In this document: in pieces, positions 1 through 10,255 of the stretch
Position numbering within the stretch: the stretch's first letter is position 1
Layout of the letters: each line of letters starts with the position of its first letter
DNA from: Trueperaceae bacterium
GTDB lineage: Bacteria > Deinococcota > Deinococci > Deinococcales > Trueperaceae
DNA: 64,000 nucleotides
Assembly (NCBI GenBank): GCA_965215565.1
Contig: CBDCDZ010000004.1
Location: forward strand, 3,520,001 to 3,584,000
Reading direction: 5' to 3'
Program-made: the position numbers and the translations under genes
The notes under the pieces: generated by a model
What the model was told of the DNA's origin: nothing
Database searches by the model: none
What the model saw: only the letters and a program-made list of their open reading frames with translations

Positions 1-314
1 GCCAACTCGTAAGCGTCGCCGCCCGACAAAATGTCTTGCTCGGCGCGGTAGCGCGGCGGCCACTGCGTGGGCAAAGACAGGTCAGACGAGGCGATTTCGC
101 CGTGCAGCCGCTCGACTTCGTCCTCGCCAACCGTGTGGCGCAAGCCTACCTCTTGCCCTTTTTTTAGGGGAACCAAAACCTCCATGTCGCCCCGGATAAA
201 GCTGATGCGCAAATACTCGTGGGTTTCGCCCAGCACTTCGCGCTCAGTTTTCTCTTCGACAGTGCCGGCACCCTGCGAAGGGTAGACCACGCGGTCGCCA
301 ACTTTGAATGTCAC
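1..314 (-). CDS. carD: CarD-family transcriptional regulator (runs off window start)
   Basis: My translation from GTG at 314: MTFKVGDRVVYPSQGAGTVEE..., the CarD N-terminal motif; GGAGG RBS upstream. Absent from the ORF track because it is truncated. Confidence 0.8.
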   Translation of the reverse strand, partial: MTFKVGDRVVYPSQGAGTVEEKTEREVLGETHEYLRISFIRGDMEVLVPLKKGQEVGLRHTVGEDEVERLHGEIASSDLSLPTQWPPRYRAEQDILSGGDAYEL

Positions 315-348
315 AGGTGCGTCCTCCTATGGGTAAGACTACCATTAA

Positions 349-596
349 TAGCAGGTCTCAGCCGTTAGGCTAGCGGGGCTTCATCTGGTCTGAGTGCGCA
401 AAGCGATGCGAAGCAACACTCCTACTACGAAGAACATTGTTTGCTTCGCGAAAACTCCGTCCCTACGGGCTTTCAGACTGCTCGCTCACGCGAAGCAGCT
501 TTCAGAAATGTAGCGCGCACTTGATTGTGATGAGGTTCCGTTACAGCAAGCTGTGAAATCTGCGTTCGTTTGTCTCAGTATGTCGTAGAACTGCCG
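349..596 (+). mobile_element. Family A MITE-like element with four internal micro-inserts
   Basis: Starts TAGCAGGT, ends ...GTCTCAGTATGTCGTAGAACTGC; collinear with the 111-bp core once inserts are removed. Confidence 0.75.
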
Positions 597-928
597 TGAT
601 AAGGAGTCTCAGCCGTCAAGCTAGCAAAACCTCTGCCGAGTGCGAGAGGGCGCAAGGACGAACGCAAAGGCAAATGAGGTCAGGAGGTCTTGAGTCAAAC
701 ACGTTAAGCACGTTTCTATCAGGGTGCTCCGCTACGAGTAAGGGCTCGAGACCCAACGCGCTCTTTTCAGCGACGTAGACCCCTCTACGTCATCCTACGT
801 AGGGAGTCTTTTTCACGTCGTAGACGGCTTGCGTAAGCTAATTGACCCATGCGCCGTTCCCACTTTGCGCGCTATGCTTGGGCGCAGGACATGAGACAAC
901 GTTCGACGACTTGTTAAAGGAGCACCGC

Positions 929-1174
929 ATGGTTCAGTCTGCCCCTAAAATCCCTTCCTCCACTTCGTTCTCCCTACGCCCCGACAGCTTGACCTCGCGC
1001 GAGTACGAAGTGCTGAAGCTCATCGCGGAAGGGATGACGAACAAGCGCGTGGCGAGCGTGCTCGACATCTCACCGCGCACTGTGAGCACCCACCTCACGC
1101 GCATTTACGGCAAGCTCTGGGTGAGAGGGCGAACAGCGGCAGTGGTCAAAGCGGCGCGGTTAGGGTTGGTCTAG
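929..1174 (+). CDS. Stand-alone LuxR/GerE-type HTH regulator
   Basis: LTSREYEVLKLIAEGMTNKRVASVLDISPRTVSTHLTRIYGKL; AAGGAG RBS before ATG 929. Confidence 0.85.
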   Translation: MVQSAPKIPSSTSFSLRPDSLTSREYEVLKLIAEGMTNKRVASVLDISPRTVSTHLTRIYGKLWVRGRTAAVVKAARLGLV

Positions 1175-1218
1175 GAAGGTTCGGATGTAGGTACTTCTTC
1201 ATACGCTACACTGCGTTC

Positions 1219-1740
1219 ATGGTGAGAGCTGCGACACAAGCGGATGTTCCCAGTGTTGCCCGTGTCCACGTGCAGGCGTGGCGCGAAACCTATACAGGGC
1301 TCATCCCGCAAGAGGTATTGGACAACCTCTCGGAGGACGAACGAGCGGCGATGTGGCGCGGGGCACTGAGCGAGGGGAGCGCCACCCCTCTACTCGTCTA
1401 CGAACATGAAGGAGAGGTCATCGGTTTTGCCGCTACCGGACCGGAGCGGGAGAAGCACGCGCGCTACACGGGCGAACTCTACGCGATTTATCTTTTGCGA
1501 GAGTTTCACGGGTACGGCTACGGTAAGGCGCTCTTTCAGGAAGCAGTGCATTTGTTAGAAGCAGTGGGATATGACGCCATGCGGCTCTGGGTTTTGGAGG
1601 ACAATCCGGCGAGAGGCTTTTACGAACATCTAGGCGGCGAACTCCACGAGCGCAAAACCATCACGATGATGGGCGCAACCTTGAGCGAAGTCGCGTATAG
1701 CTGGTCCGAACTTCCTGCTTTGCCCCCGAATGAGCCGTGA
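1219..1740 (+). CDS. GNAT N-acetyltransferase
   Basis: VHVQAWRETY, ELYAIYLL..HGYGYGKAL and LWVLEDNPARGFYE motifs. Confidence 0.9.
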   Translation: MVRAATQADVPSVARVHVQAWRETYTGLIPQEVLDNLSEDERAAMWRGALSEGSATPLLVYEHEGEVIGFAATGPEREKHARYTGELYAIYLLREFHGYGYGKALFQEAVHLLEAVGYDAMRLWVLEDNPARGFYEHLGGELHERKTITMMGATLSEVAYSWSELPALPPNEP

Positions 1741-1778
1741 CGCTAAAGAGGTTGTAGGAAGGGGTCTTCTCGAGCCCC

Positions 1779-2378
1779 TTAAAGCTCAACCCGAAAGCTC
1801 AGCCCCTGGTCCACCCCTTCGGTATAGACGAGCGAAAAATTGTCGATGGTTGCGGTCCACGCGAAGGTGTCCTCGTTCAAGAAGCGCACTACGTTGGGGA
1901 GCAATTCTGGCGTGAGGTCGCCGTGGGCGAGCGTGATATGCGGGAGCCACCTTTCGGGGTGGTAGAGCGGATTAGGCTTGACGGCGAGGTCGGAGAGGGA
2001 ACTATAGAGCGAGCAGTGATAGTGAACGAGCTTGGGGCTACGCACGACAGGGATGTAGATAATCGGCTTAGGACCGGGGAAGATACCGAGCCCGGCGGTG
2101 CGAATGTGAAAGGGACGCCCCTCGTCGGCAACGCGCGCTAGGAGCGAGTGAACGCCTTCGTCGTCGAAGTCATTCGCGCCGTGATACGAAAAGTGCGGAA
2201 AGGGCGCGCTGTAGATGCTGCGCAGCCCGAACTCGCGTTCTAGCGCCGCCCATATCCCCCTCACCTTCTCGTCGTGCTTAGCGTCGAGTAACGAGACCAC
2301 CGCCTCGATGCCCGCGTCACCCCGTTTGCCTGCGGGTGTCTTAGGTTTCGGTCCGGCTAGTTCTCGGTCTAGGCTCAT
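1779..2378 (-). CDS. 2H phosphoesterase (2'-5' RNA ligase family)
   Basis: Two HxS/T motifs: PHFSY and PHITL. Confidence 0.8.
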   Translation of the reverse strand: MSLDRELAGPKPKTPAGKRGDAGIEAVVSLLDAKHDEKVRGIWAALEREFGLRSIYSAPFPHFSYHGANDFDDEGVHSLLARVADEGRPFHIRTAGLGIFPGPKPIIYIPVVRSPKLVHYHCSLYSSLSDLAVKPNPLYHPERWLPHITLAHGDLTPELLPNVVRFLNEDTFAWTATIDNFSLVYTEGVDQGLSFRVEL

Positions 2379-2539
2379 CAGAGTATCACTGTACCAGGTT
2401 GATGTACCGTAATACTAGGGGAATGAGGAACATTTCATTGCGATGTGAAGTCGTTTTGTGTAAGCGTCGTCCACATTCAATGTGACAGAGGCGCTTTTTT
2501 GCTCTCCAAATGGAAGAGGTGTTCTGGGCTTTCGGTTCC

Positions 2540-2965
2540 TCAGAGCATCTTTCTGTAGACGATTTCCCCCACGTTGTCATCGGCGATGTTCTCAATGATG
2601 CCGTTTGTGTGAAAACCCATGTGTACGTGCCAGCGTTGCGGGTCTAGCTCGTCGGTCTGGCTCGAGGACAAGAGCGCCACGTAACCGCGTTCTTTAAGTT
2701 CAGCCTCTAAAAAGCTCAGAAGAAGCCGCGACACACCTCTTCGGCGGTGTTCGGTTGAAACGAAGATCATGGCGAGAAAGGGTACGGTGCTCCACAGCAC
2801 GTCGAAGCGGAGATGACCGACAGTCAAGGTGGATTCTTCTAGCACCGCAACGATGACCTCCGAAGCGCTGATTTTGTGCTGCCAATCTTGCTCTCTAGTC
2901 CAGGGGTCAACCTCTTGAAGAAATGGGGTGTCGTCTCTTTGAGCGTAGCGAATAGTACAAGACAT
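2540..2965 (-). CDS. GNAT N-acetyltransferase
   Basis: IFVSTEHRRRGVSRLLL acetyl-CoA-binding motif A. Confidence 0.8.
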   Translation of the reverse strand: MSCTIRYAQRDDTPFLQEVDPWTREQDWQHKISASEVIVAVLEESTLTVGHLRFDVLWSTVPFLAMIFVSTEHRRRGVSRLLLSFLEAELKERGYVALLSSSQTDELDPQRWHVHMGFHTNGIIENIADDNVGEIVYRKML

Positions 2966-3032
2966 AGTGACCTCTTAATAATGGTGACCCCTTGATAGAT
3001 GAGTAATGCAGTTTGGCCCACCAACTCCGCGC

Positions 3033-5114
3033 TCAGTCCTCTTCACGCTGCACGAGCGTCAGAATCGTGTAGAGCGCCACTGCCTCCCCGTGCTGATTGG
3101 TGAGCCGCACGTCCCACGCCACCACGCCCGCCGCATATTTGTCGTCGTCGCGTTTGTCCTTTTTGATCTTCTGCTTCACGGTGAGTTGTGCCTGGATGGT
3201 GTCGCCGATGCCGACGGGTTCAACGAAACGCAAGTTATCTAAGCCGTAATTCGCCAAAACGGGCCCCGGTCTTGGGTCGACGAATAGACCCGCCGCCATT
3301 GACACCAAGAAGTAGCCATGCGCCACGCGCTTTTCAAACAAGGAGTCTTTTGCAGCAATTTCGTCTACGTGCGCGTAGAAATAGTCACCGCTCACGTTGG
3401 CGAAGTTCACGATGTCCGCTTCTGTCACGGTGCGGCGGTGGGTGAGGTAGGTTTCACCGATGGAGAGGTCTTCGAACCGCTTGCGGAAGGGATGGACCTC
3501 ATCGTGCGTTGTTTGTGCGCCTGCCACGTACTCCTTCGTCACGCTCATGAGTGTCGTCGGGTCCGCTTGAACGGCGGTGCGCTGCATGAAGTGTTTGATG
3601 GAGCGCGCGCCGCCCAGTTCTTCGCCGCCGCCCGCGCGTCCGGGTCCGCCGTGGACGAGGTAGGGTAAGGGCGAGCCGTGTCCAGTAGACGAGGCGGCGT
3701 TCTCGCGGTTGAGGACCAAGATTCGTCCGTGATGCGACGCTGCACCCAGCACGAGCCGCCGCGCCTCTTCGCGGTCATGCGTAATGGCGGAGGCGACGAG
3801 CGAGCCGCGTCCGCGCTTGGCGAGTGCGCCCGCCTCTTCTAATGTTTCATAAGGCATGAGCGTGGCGACGGGTCCGAAGGCCTCGACCTCATGAGGTTCT
3901 AGGGCGTTTAGCGGGTCCTCACAGAGGAGTAGCGTCGGCGGGTAAAAGCCGCCCTTCTCAGCGTCGCCGCCGTGAAGCTCGAGCCTGCCCTCGAACACCA
4001 CTTCACAAGAGGTGCGCAGCCTCTTTACGCTCCGCCCCACCGCGTCGCGCTGTTCCGCGCTTACTAAGGGACCCATGCGCACCTCGTCGCATTCAGGGTC
4101 GCCCATCGTCACGCTATTAAGGCGCTGGCTCAACGCTTCTGTCACCGCCTCCACCTTATCTTTCGGTACAATGACGCGGCGAATCGCGGTGCACTTCTGT
4201 CCCGCCTTGACCGTCATCTCCCTCGAGACCTCTTTGATGAACAGTCCAAATTCCTCATCGCCAGGCTGGACGCTCTCGCCCAAGATGCAGGCGTTTAAGG
4301 AATCTGCCTCGAGCGTAAAGGGCACCGCCTTATCTATGATATTTGGATGCGCCTTCAGCTTCTTGCCCGTTTCAGCGGAGCCTGTAAAGGTCACGGCGTC
4401 CTGTTCATTGAGATGCGGCAAGAAGTCTACGATGTCGCCCGCGAGGAGTTGTATGGACCCCTCCGGCAAAAGGTTCGTCCGCACCATCTCCTGAAACATC
4501 GCCACCGCCAAATAAGAGGTCTGCGGCGCAGGTTTAATCACTGCTGATACGCCAGCGAGAAAGGTGGGCGCGAGCTTTTCCAGCATCCCCCAACAGGGAA
4601 AGTTGAAGGCGTTGATATGGACCGCCACGCCCTCTTTCGGCGTCAAGAGGTGACGCGCTGTAAAGGTGCCGTCTTTAGAAAGAGGGAGCGCCAGACCCTC
4701 GGTCAAAAAGGTCTCATTGGGGAATTCGCGGCGGACGAGGCTCGAGTAGGCGAAGAGCGTCCCGATGCCCCCCTCGATGTCGATCCAGCCGCCCCGCCGC
4801 GTCGTTCCCGTTTTGAATGAAACTTCGTAAAAGCGCTCTTTGACGCTCATGAGGTGTTTAGCGAGTTCTTTGAGAATAAGGGCGCGTTCGTGGAAGGTCT
4901 GTCTGCGCAAGTTGGGACCGCCGACGTCCCTGGCGTAGTGCAGTGCGCCTGCAATGTCGAGACCGTCTGTCGTGAGGTGGGTGATAGGTTTGCCGTAGAC
5001 GGCGTCTACAACCTCTACGCCGTCACCCGCGCCCTCTTGCCACTCGCCTGTGATGAAACTCGGGAGTTTGCTTGTGAGCGCTGAATCTAAAGGATGTCCG
5101 CTGAGTTGAGCCAT
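3033..5114 (-). CDS. paaZ: Bifunctional aldehyde dehydrogenase / MaoC hydratase PaaZ
   Basis: INAFNFPCWG, EADSLN, KAGQKCTAIRR, HGGPGRAGGGEELGG, and a C-terminal MaoC domain (RVAHGYF, LANYG). Confidence 0.93.
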   Translation of the reverse strand: MAQLSGHPLDSALTSKLPSFITGEWQEGAGDGVEVVDAVYGKPITHLTTDGLDIAGALHYARDVGGPNLRRQTFHERALILKELAKHLMSVKERFYEVSFKTGTTRRGGWIDIEGGIGTLFAYSSLVRREFPNETFLTEGLALPLSKDGTFTARHLLTPKEGVAVHINAFNFPCWGMLEKLAPTFLAGVSAVIKPAPQTSYLAVAMFQEMVRTNLLPEGSIQLLAGDIVDFLPHLNEQDAVTFTGSAETGKKLKAHPNIIDKAVPFTLEADSLNACILGESVQPGDEEFGLFIKEVSREMTVKAGQKCTAIRRVIVPKDKVEAVTEALSQRLNSVTMGDPECDEVRMGPLVSAEQRDAVGRSVKRLRTSCEVVFEGRLELHGGDAEKGGFYPPTLLLCEDPLNALEPHEVEAFGPVATLMPYETLEEAGALAKRGRGSLVASAITHDREEARRLVLGAASHHGRILVLNRENAASSTGHGSPLPYLVHGGPGRAGGGEELGGARSIKHFMQRTAVQADPTTLMSVTKEYVAGAQTTHDEVHPFRKRFEDLSIGETYLTHRRTVTEADIVNFANVSGDYFYAHVDEIAAKDSLFEKRVAHGYFLVSMAAGLFVDPRPGPVLANYGLDNLRFVEPVGIGDTIQAQLTVKQKIKKDKRDDDKYAAGVVAWDVRLTNQHGEAVALYTILTLVQREED

Positions 5115-5240
5115 GCCTTATGGTACTCGTATGAACTCTTGCAGATACCGCGCTGTAGGTTGAAGGGGACACTGCTCGAGTCGCTAAGTTGGTGCGCCTC
5201 TACGAAATAAGAGGTTGCAAGCTCACCTTGCAACCTTCCG

Positions 5241-5352
5241 TAGTGGTTCTAAGTCGAGTGCTGCTGTGTACTCCCTCCGCTGTCTCAACGTAGTGAACAA
5301 GGGGTTGAAACCCCTTGCTTTGACACTAGCGTCATTCCAAATAGAACCACTA
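5241..5352 (+). mobile_element. Family B 112-bp MITE-like element
   Basis: TIR TAGTGGTTCTA...TAGAACCACTA; central palindrome CAAGGGGTTGAAACCCCTTG; similar copies at 10680 and 21985. Confidence 0.75.
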
Positions 5353-5409
5353 CCCAACCTCTTATAGTTCGTTTTGTTGCCTTTCAACCGCTCGAGGCGC
5401 ACTAAACGG

Positions 5410-8073
5410 TTACGTCAAACTAACCAGTACAGAGAAAGGAAGAGGTAAGTCGTTGGGACTAAGGTCTTCTCCTATCTGAATGTCTGCGCCAGAGAGCGCG
5501 TCGCGCCAACCTCTTCCGCGCATGTCCTCGGGTATGGCAATTTTAACGCCGCTCAAATCCCTCTCCGCCCTAACCGCTGGAAAACGCGGCACGACGACTA
5601 AGAGTGCGTTGTCCTCGGCTTCGCGCGTGAATGCTAGGAAGAACTCGCAGCCTTCGCCCGTCACCTCCAAGTCTCGGTAATCGCCTCTGAAAAGCGAATC
5701 CTGTTCTCCTCGGAGTTTGAGAAGTTGCGCCATGACGTAGAGCTTAGCCCTGGGCTTCTGCTCAGAAAGCCAACCGCTCAGCGTATCCGCGTCCGGGTTC
5801 TCGAAGAGCGGAGCCATCTCATCTAAGAGGGCGTTCCTCTCCTCGTAATCCACCGGGCGGCGGTTGTCGGGGTCCACGAGCGAGAGGTCTAGGAGTTCGG
5901 TCCCCTGGTAGAAGTCGGGGACGCCGGGCGTGGTGAGTTTCAAGATGAGTTGCGACACGCCGTTCAAAAAGCCGTCTTTGGCGAGGTCCTGGGCGAGCGG
6001 CTCGACGATTTGCGCCACCTCTTCGTCCGTGGTCATCTCCCGCACAAAGGTTTTGAGTTCTTCCTCGTACTCGCCGTTCGGGTTGAGCCACGACGAGTTG
6101 ACCTTGGCTTCGCGCACAGCTTTCTCCATGTACGCTTCTAGGCGTTCCGCGAGCGAGTTCGGCTCTTCGCCCACCCACAGCGCCACGAGCAGTTGATAGA
6201 ACAAGTAGGCGTCGTTTTTCGTGACCGACTGCTGAAAGGGCGTGGTTTCGGTTCGTTTTTGCCGTAAAACCTGCGCTCTATCGTCCAGCTTGCCCAAGAC
6301 CTCTTCCCAAGCGTCGGTGTGTTCGGCTAGCGCGATGAGGCGCATCCGCGTGTCCTCGCCGCGTTTGTGGTCGTGCGTCGCCGTTGCCAAGAGGTTGTCG
6401 GGGTAGCGGTAGGCGCGAAATCTCGCCCTCGAGTGAAAGCCGTGCGCGTCCGTCCCGAAGTGCTCGGGCTCGCCGCCGACTTCGTTAAGCGCAACCAGCG
6501 GAATGTAGCGGTAGAAGGTGGTGTCCTCGATGCCTTTTGCAGTGACGGGCGCGGTGTACTGCTGGAAGCGTCCAATAAAGGCATCTTGCGCGCCGCGCAA
6601 GTCCTCCTTGACGTCCCCGATGAGGCTGCGCTCGATGAAGTCGTAGACGGACAGCTCGGCGGCTAGGTTGCGGCGTTTGGCGGCTTGAACGGCTTCGCGC
6701 ACGATCTCTTTCGCCTCGTCCTTATCGAAAGGTAGATACGTCCGGTAGCGCGGGAAGGCGGCGATGACCTCGGCTAGCGCCTCTTGGAGCGAGTCTAAAG
6801 TGAAATCCCTAGTGTGATAATCTGCTTCGGAAAGCTCGTTGAGTTCGCCCGCTAAGCGCGTCAACTCGCCCGTCAAGCTCGTCTCCATCACTAAGCGTTT
6901 GGCGTCGTGGACCTCTTCTTCGAAGGGCGTGTAGTCGCCTAAAAAGCGGCGGTACGCCCGCGTGACGGGTAACTCACCCTCCTGATATAAGAGCACGCCC
7001 ATCGCGTCGTTCATGAATTCGTAGCCCGAGGTTCCCTCGACGGGCCACGCTTCGGGCAAGACCTCGCCGTGCGCTAAGATTTTCTCCACCCAGACGTTTC
7101 TCGAGCCCAACGCTTTAAGCTGCTCCAAGTAGCCGTGCGGGTCGAAAAGTCCATCTACGTGGTCGATGCGGACGCCGTCCATGCCCTCTTTGACCAGGAG
7201 TTCGCCCAGGGTGCGGTGCGCGTCCCAGAAGACCTCGGGCGACTCCATGCGCAGACCCACCAACTCGTTGATGTCGAAGAAGCGGCGGTAGTTGATTTCG
7301 CTCCCGGCGGTCTGCCAGTAGGAAAGCCGGAAGAACTGCCCCTCCAAGAGGGCGTGCATGTCCTCAGTTTCCAGCGTCGGCAAGTTCGATGCTAAGTCGA
7401 TCTGCTCTCCTAAGGCCAAGAGGCGTGTGCGCAAGCCTTCCGCCCGGTCGCGTTGGCTCGGCTCCAAGGAGGCGTAATCGTCCGTCAAGTCCTTGAGGTC
7501 AAAGTAGCGCTCGGTGCGCTCGAAAGAGGGCAGCATCCGCTCCAAAATCTGCGCGTACGAGCCGGGGTAGAGTGCGAAGAGGTTGTCGTAATAGGTGGCG
7601 TAGAAGCGTCCGTCGTCATAGGCTAACCCAAGTTCGCCGCCGTCCAGCACGTTCCCGTAAGGACCCCCCAAAAAGGGCAGCAAGACCTTATTTTGTAATT
7701 CCGGTTTGACGGGCGTCCAGTCGATGTCGAAAAAGTCCGCGTGCGCGGAGTTGGGCCCGTACGCCAAGACGTCTTGCCAGTAGACGTTGCGCGGCCCGAC
7801 GCCCGCGTGGTTCGGGACGTAGTCGAGGATGAAGGAGAGCCCGTGCGCCTGCGCCTCTTCGCGCAAACGCTCAAAGCCCTCCGCCCCGCCGAACGCCTCA
7901 CGGACCTGGTTGTGGTTGATCACGTCGTAGCCGTGCGTGCTGCCTTCCCTCGCTTCGGTAATAGGGGAGAGGTAAAGGTGCGAGACGCCGAGCTTTTGGA
8001 AGTAGGGCAAGAGGGCGCGGACGTCGTCAAACGCGAAGTCCGGGGTGAGTTGCAAGCGGTACGAAGCGTTCAC
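5410..8073 (-). CDS. treY: Malto-oligosyltrehalose synthase
   Basis: ASYRLQ, GSTHGYDV, DYVPNH, INYRRFFDINEL, RIDHVDGL, ATHDHKRGED, SLVDPDNRRPVD. Confidence 0.96.
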   Translation of the reverse strand: MNASYRLQLTPDFAFDDVRALLPYFQKLGVSHLYLSPITEAREGSTHGYDVINHNQVREAFGGAEGFERLREEAQAHGLSFILDYVPNHAGVGPRNVYWQDVLAYGPNSAHADFFDIDWTPVKPELQNKVLLPFLGGPYGNVLDGGELGLAYDDGRFYATYYDNLFALYPGSYAQILERMLPSFERTERYFDLKDLTDDYASLEPSQRDRAEGLRTRLLALGEQIDLASNLPTLETEDMHALLEGQFFRLSYWQTAGSEINYRRFFDINELVGLRMESPEVFWDAHRTLGELLVKEGMDGVRIDHVDGLFDPHGYLEQLKALGSRNVWVEKILAHGEVLPEAWPVEGTSGYEFMNDAMGVLLYQEGELPVTRAYRRFLGDYTPFEEEVHDAKRLVMETSLTGELTRLAGELNELSEADYHTRDFTLDSLQEALAEVIAAFPRYRTYLPFDKDEAKEIVREAVQAAKRRNLAAELSVYDFIERSLIGDVKEDLRGAQDAFIGRFQQYTAPVTAKGIEDTTFYRYIPLVALNEVGGEPEHFGTDAHGFHSRARFRAYRYPDNLLATATHDHKRGEDTRMRLIALAEHTDAWEEVLGKLDDRAQVLRQKRTETTPFQQSVTKNDAYLFYQLLVALWVGEEPNSLAERLEAYMEKAVREAKVNSSWLNPNGEYEEELKTFVREMTTDEEVAQIVEPLAQDLAKDGFLNGVSQLILKLTTPGVPDFYQGTELLDLSLVDPDNRRPVDYEERNALLDEMAPLFENPDADTLSGWLSEQKPRAKLYVMAQLLKLRGEQDSLFRGDYRDLEVTGEGCEFFLAFTREAEDNALLVVVPRFPAVRAERDLSGVKIAIPEDMRGRGWRDALSGADIQIGEDLSPNDLPLPFSVLVSLT

Positions 8074-9890
8074 GAATTCACCTTGAAGAGCACCGCGCCG
8101 GGTGTGGAGAAGCGGACCTCTTGACCTGTGACTTCGGGGGGGTCGGGCTCCACAGCGTAGTCCTCACTCTGCCAAAGAGGTTGCGCACCTTCGGGAAGAG
8201 GTAGCTGGACGTTTTCGCGTAAAGCGACTGCTAATACGTGGCTGTCCCGCCGCATCACGAGCCCTCCTTCGCTCACGTGCTCACGCCGAATGTTGCCCTC
8301 GAAGTCGGGGCGCATCGTCAGAAGCTCTTGGACCATTTTGTGAATATTGGCGTGCTCAGGTTGCTCGAGTTCACTCCAGTCGAGCTTGCTCCGCGTAAAC
8401 GTCTCCGGGTCCTGCGGGTCCGGCACGTCGCCCTGGAAGTCGGGGAAGTCCTTGAACTCCTCCTTGCGCCCTTCGCTGACGAGCTTGCCCAACTCCTCGT
8501 TGTGGTCGGTGAAGTACTGGAAGGGCGTCTTTGTCGCCCACTCTTGCCCCATGAACAGCAGCGGAAGTTGCGGCGCGAAGAGTAGAAGCGCGCTCGCCGC
8601 CCGAAAGCCGCCCGGCGAGGCTTCGTCGCTGAGGCGGTTGCCGCGCGGACGGTTGCCGATCTGGTCGTGGTTTTGGATGGTGAGAGTGAAGTTCTCGGGG
8701 ACGAGACCTTCGGTGGTCGTCCCCCGCGCTTCACCCTCGTTTTCGGAGTGCTGTCCGGTGTAGTACCAGCCTTGCTCTAAGGTCGTTGCCATCTCCTCCG
8801 TCGTACCTTCAAAGTCACTGAAGTACCCGTAGCGGTCGCCCGCCAAATTGACCCGGACGATATGGTGAAAGTCGTCCGCCCAGATGCCGTCTAAGCCGTA
8901 GCCGCCCCCCTCGCGCGGCTCGACTAACGTGCGGTAGTTGCGCGGGTCCTCCGCAATCAAAAAGCGCCGCCAGCCCGGTACACCCTCGCACGCTTCGGTT
9001 AGTTCGGCTAAGAAGTGCTTGGGCGAGTCGTCGATGATGGCGAAAACGGCGTCTAGGCGGAAGCCGTCGAAGTGGTACTCGGTGAGCCAGTGCACCGCGT
9101 TCTCCAAGAAAAACTGCCGCACGTGTTCCGAGCCCTCGTCGTCCATGTTGATGGCTTGACCCCAGGGCGTGTGGTGACGGTCCGTAAACATCTGCGGGTT
9201 GATGCCCACGACGTACGCGCCGTCCGGTCCGAAGTGGTTGTAGACGACGTCTAAGTAAACCGCCAAGCCGAGTTTGTGCGCCTCGTCAACCAGCGCGCGC
9301 AGCTCGTCGGGTGTACCATAAGCGTGTGCGGGGGCAAATTGTGCAGCGGGGTCGTAGCCCCAGTTGCGCTCGCCGGGAAAGTCGGAGACGGGTAGGAGTT
9401 CAACCGCTGTAATACCTAGGTCCTTGAGGTAAGGGAGTTTTTCTTTGGCGGCGTTGTAGGTTCCTTCTTGCGTGAATGTACCGACGTGGAGTTCGTAAAA
9501 GACTAAATCCTTATGCGGGACGCCCTCCCAACCGTCGTCGCTCCATCCGAACGTACTCGGGTCCACCACCTCGGAGGGACCGTGGACGCCCTCGGGTTGA
9601 AAGCGTGAGGCGGGGTCGGGGAAGAGGCTGTCCCCACCGGATTTGTCGGCAAAGCGGTAGCGGTAGCGCGTGCCCGCGCCGATATTCTCCACGAACGCTT
9701 CGAAGAGGTCGCCCTCTTGGGTCATCGCGTAGCTCTCGCCCCCCTCCAAAACAACCTCGACTTTTTCGGAAGGGGGCGACACAACGCGGAAGCGCACGCC
9801 CCCTTCTTCCACCGTTGCGCCGAGATAGGGGTACTTGACGCTACTTTCGGTCTCCGTTTGCATATTTGTTTGCGCAGATGATTGGGTCAT
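8070..9890 (-). CDS. treZ: Malto-oligosyltrehalose trehalohydrolase (GH13)
   Basis: PDPASRFQPEGVHGPS, YELHVGTFT, RNWGYD, DVVYNHFGP, QNHDQIGNR; overlaps the treY start. Confidence 0.95.
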   Translation of the reverse strand: MTQSSAQTNMQTETESSVKYPYLGATVEEGGVRFRVVSPPSEKVEVVLEGGESYAMTQEGDLFEAFVENIGAGTRYRYRFADKSGGDSLFPDPASRFQPEGVHGPSEVVDPSTFGWSDDGWEGVPHKDLVFYELHVGTFTQEGTYNAAKEKLPYLKDLGITAVELLPVSDFPGERNWGYDPAAQFAPAHAYGTPDELRALVDEAHKLGLAVYLDVVYNHFGPDGAYVVGINPQMFTDRHHTPWGQAINMDDEGSEHVRQFFLENAVHWLTEYHFDGFRLDAVFAIIDDSPKHFLAELTEACEGVPGWRRFLIAEDPRNYRTLVEPREGGGYGLDGIWADDFHHIVRVNLAGDRYGYFSDFEGTTEEMATTLEQGWYYTGQHSENEGEARGTTTEGLVPENFTLTIQNHDQIGNRPRGNRLSDEASPGGFRAASALLLFAPQLPLLFMGQEWATKTPFQYFTDHNEELGKLVSEGRKEEFKDFPDFQGDVPDPQDPETFTRSKLDWSELEQPEHANIHKMVQELLTMRPDFEGNIRREHVSEGGLVMRRDSHVLAVALRENVQLPLPEGAQPLWQSEDYAVEPDPPEVTGQEVRFSTPGAVLFKVNS

Positions 9891-10098
9891 AAGACTCCTT
9901 CAATTTTTGGTGGTTCATGGACGCCGAGTTGATGCTGAATCAGAATGCTGCCCACAGGTTGCGTGTTGCGTCAACCTATTACAGAAATATACATACCAAA
10001 TGCGCTACCGAAAGATTGTCCGGTAGCGCGAATAGCAGGTCTGATCGCAGACTCGGTTGGTAGGTGCAGCGCTGCTAAAGTTGTCGCTCTATAAAATA

Positions 10099-10233
10099 TA
10101 GCAAGTATCATTTGGTTTGAGCCAGTCTCACGTTAGAGAACTTGGGCGAACACGCACATTCTTAAATGAGATCCCGCTAGTTCTTCGAACTGAGACTTGC
10201 GCTATTTCAATTCAGTACTTCTGTGAATTGCTT
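10099..10233 (+). mobile_element. Family A element (111 bp core plus 24 bp net insert)
   Basis: TATAGCAAGTATCATTTGGTTTGAG start; insert at 10170-10194; closely similar to 12771-12881. Confidence 0.8.
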
Positions 10234-10255
10234 TAGTGTCCATGGTGTCCAGAAA

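Noticed and set aside
10033..10077. 45-bp TAGCAGGT...GCTGCTA as a Family A copy
   Set aside because: Only the ends match and the interior is unrelated, so it may be chance or a heavily deleted relic.
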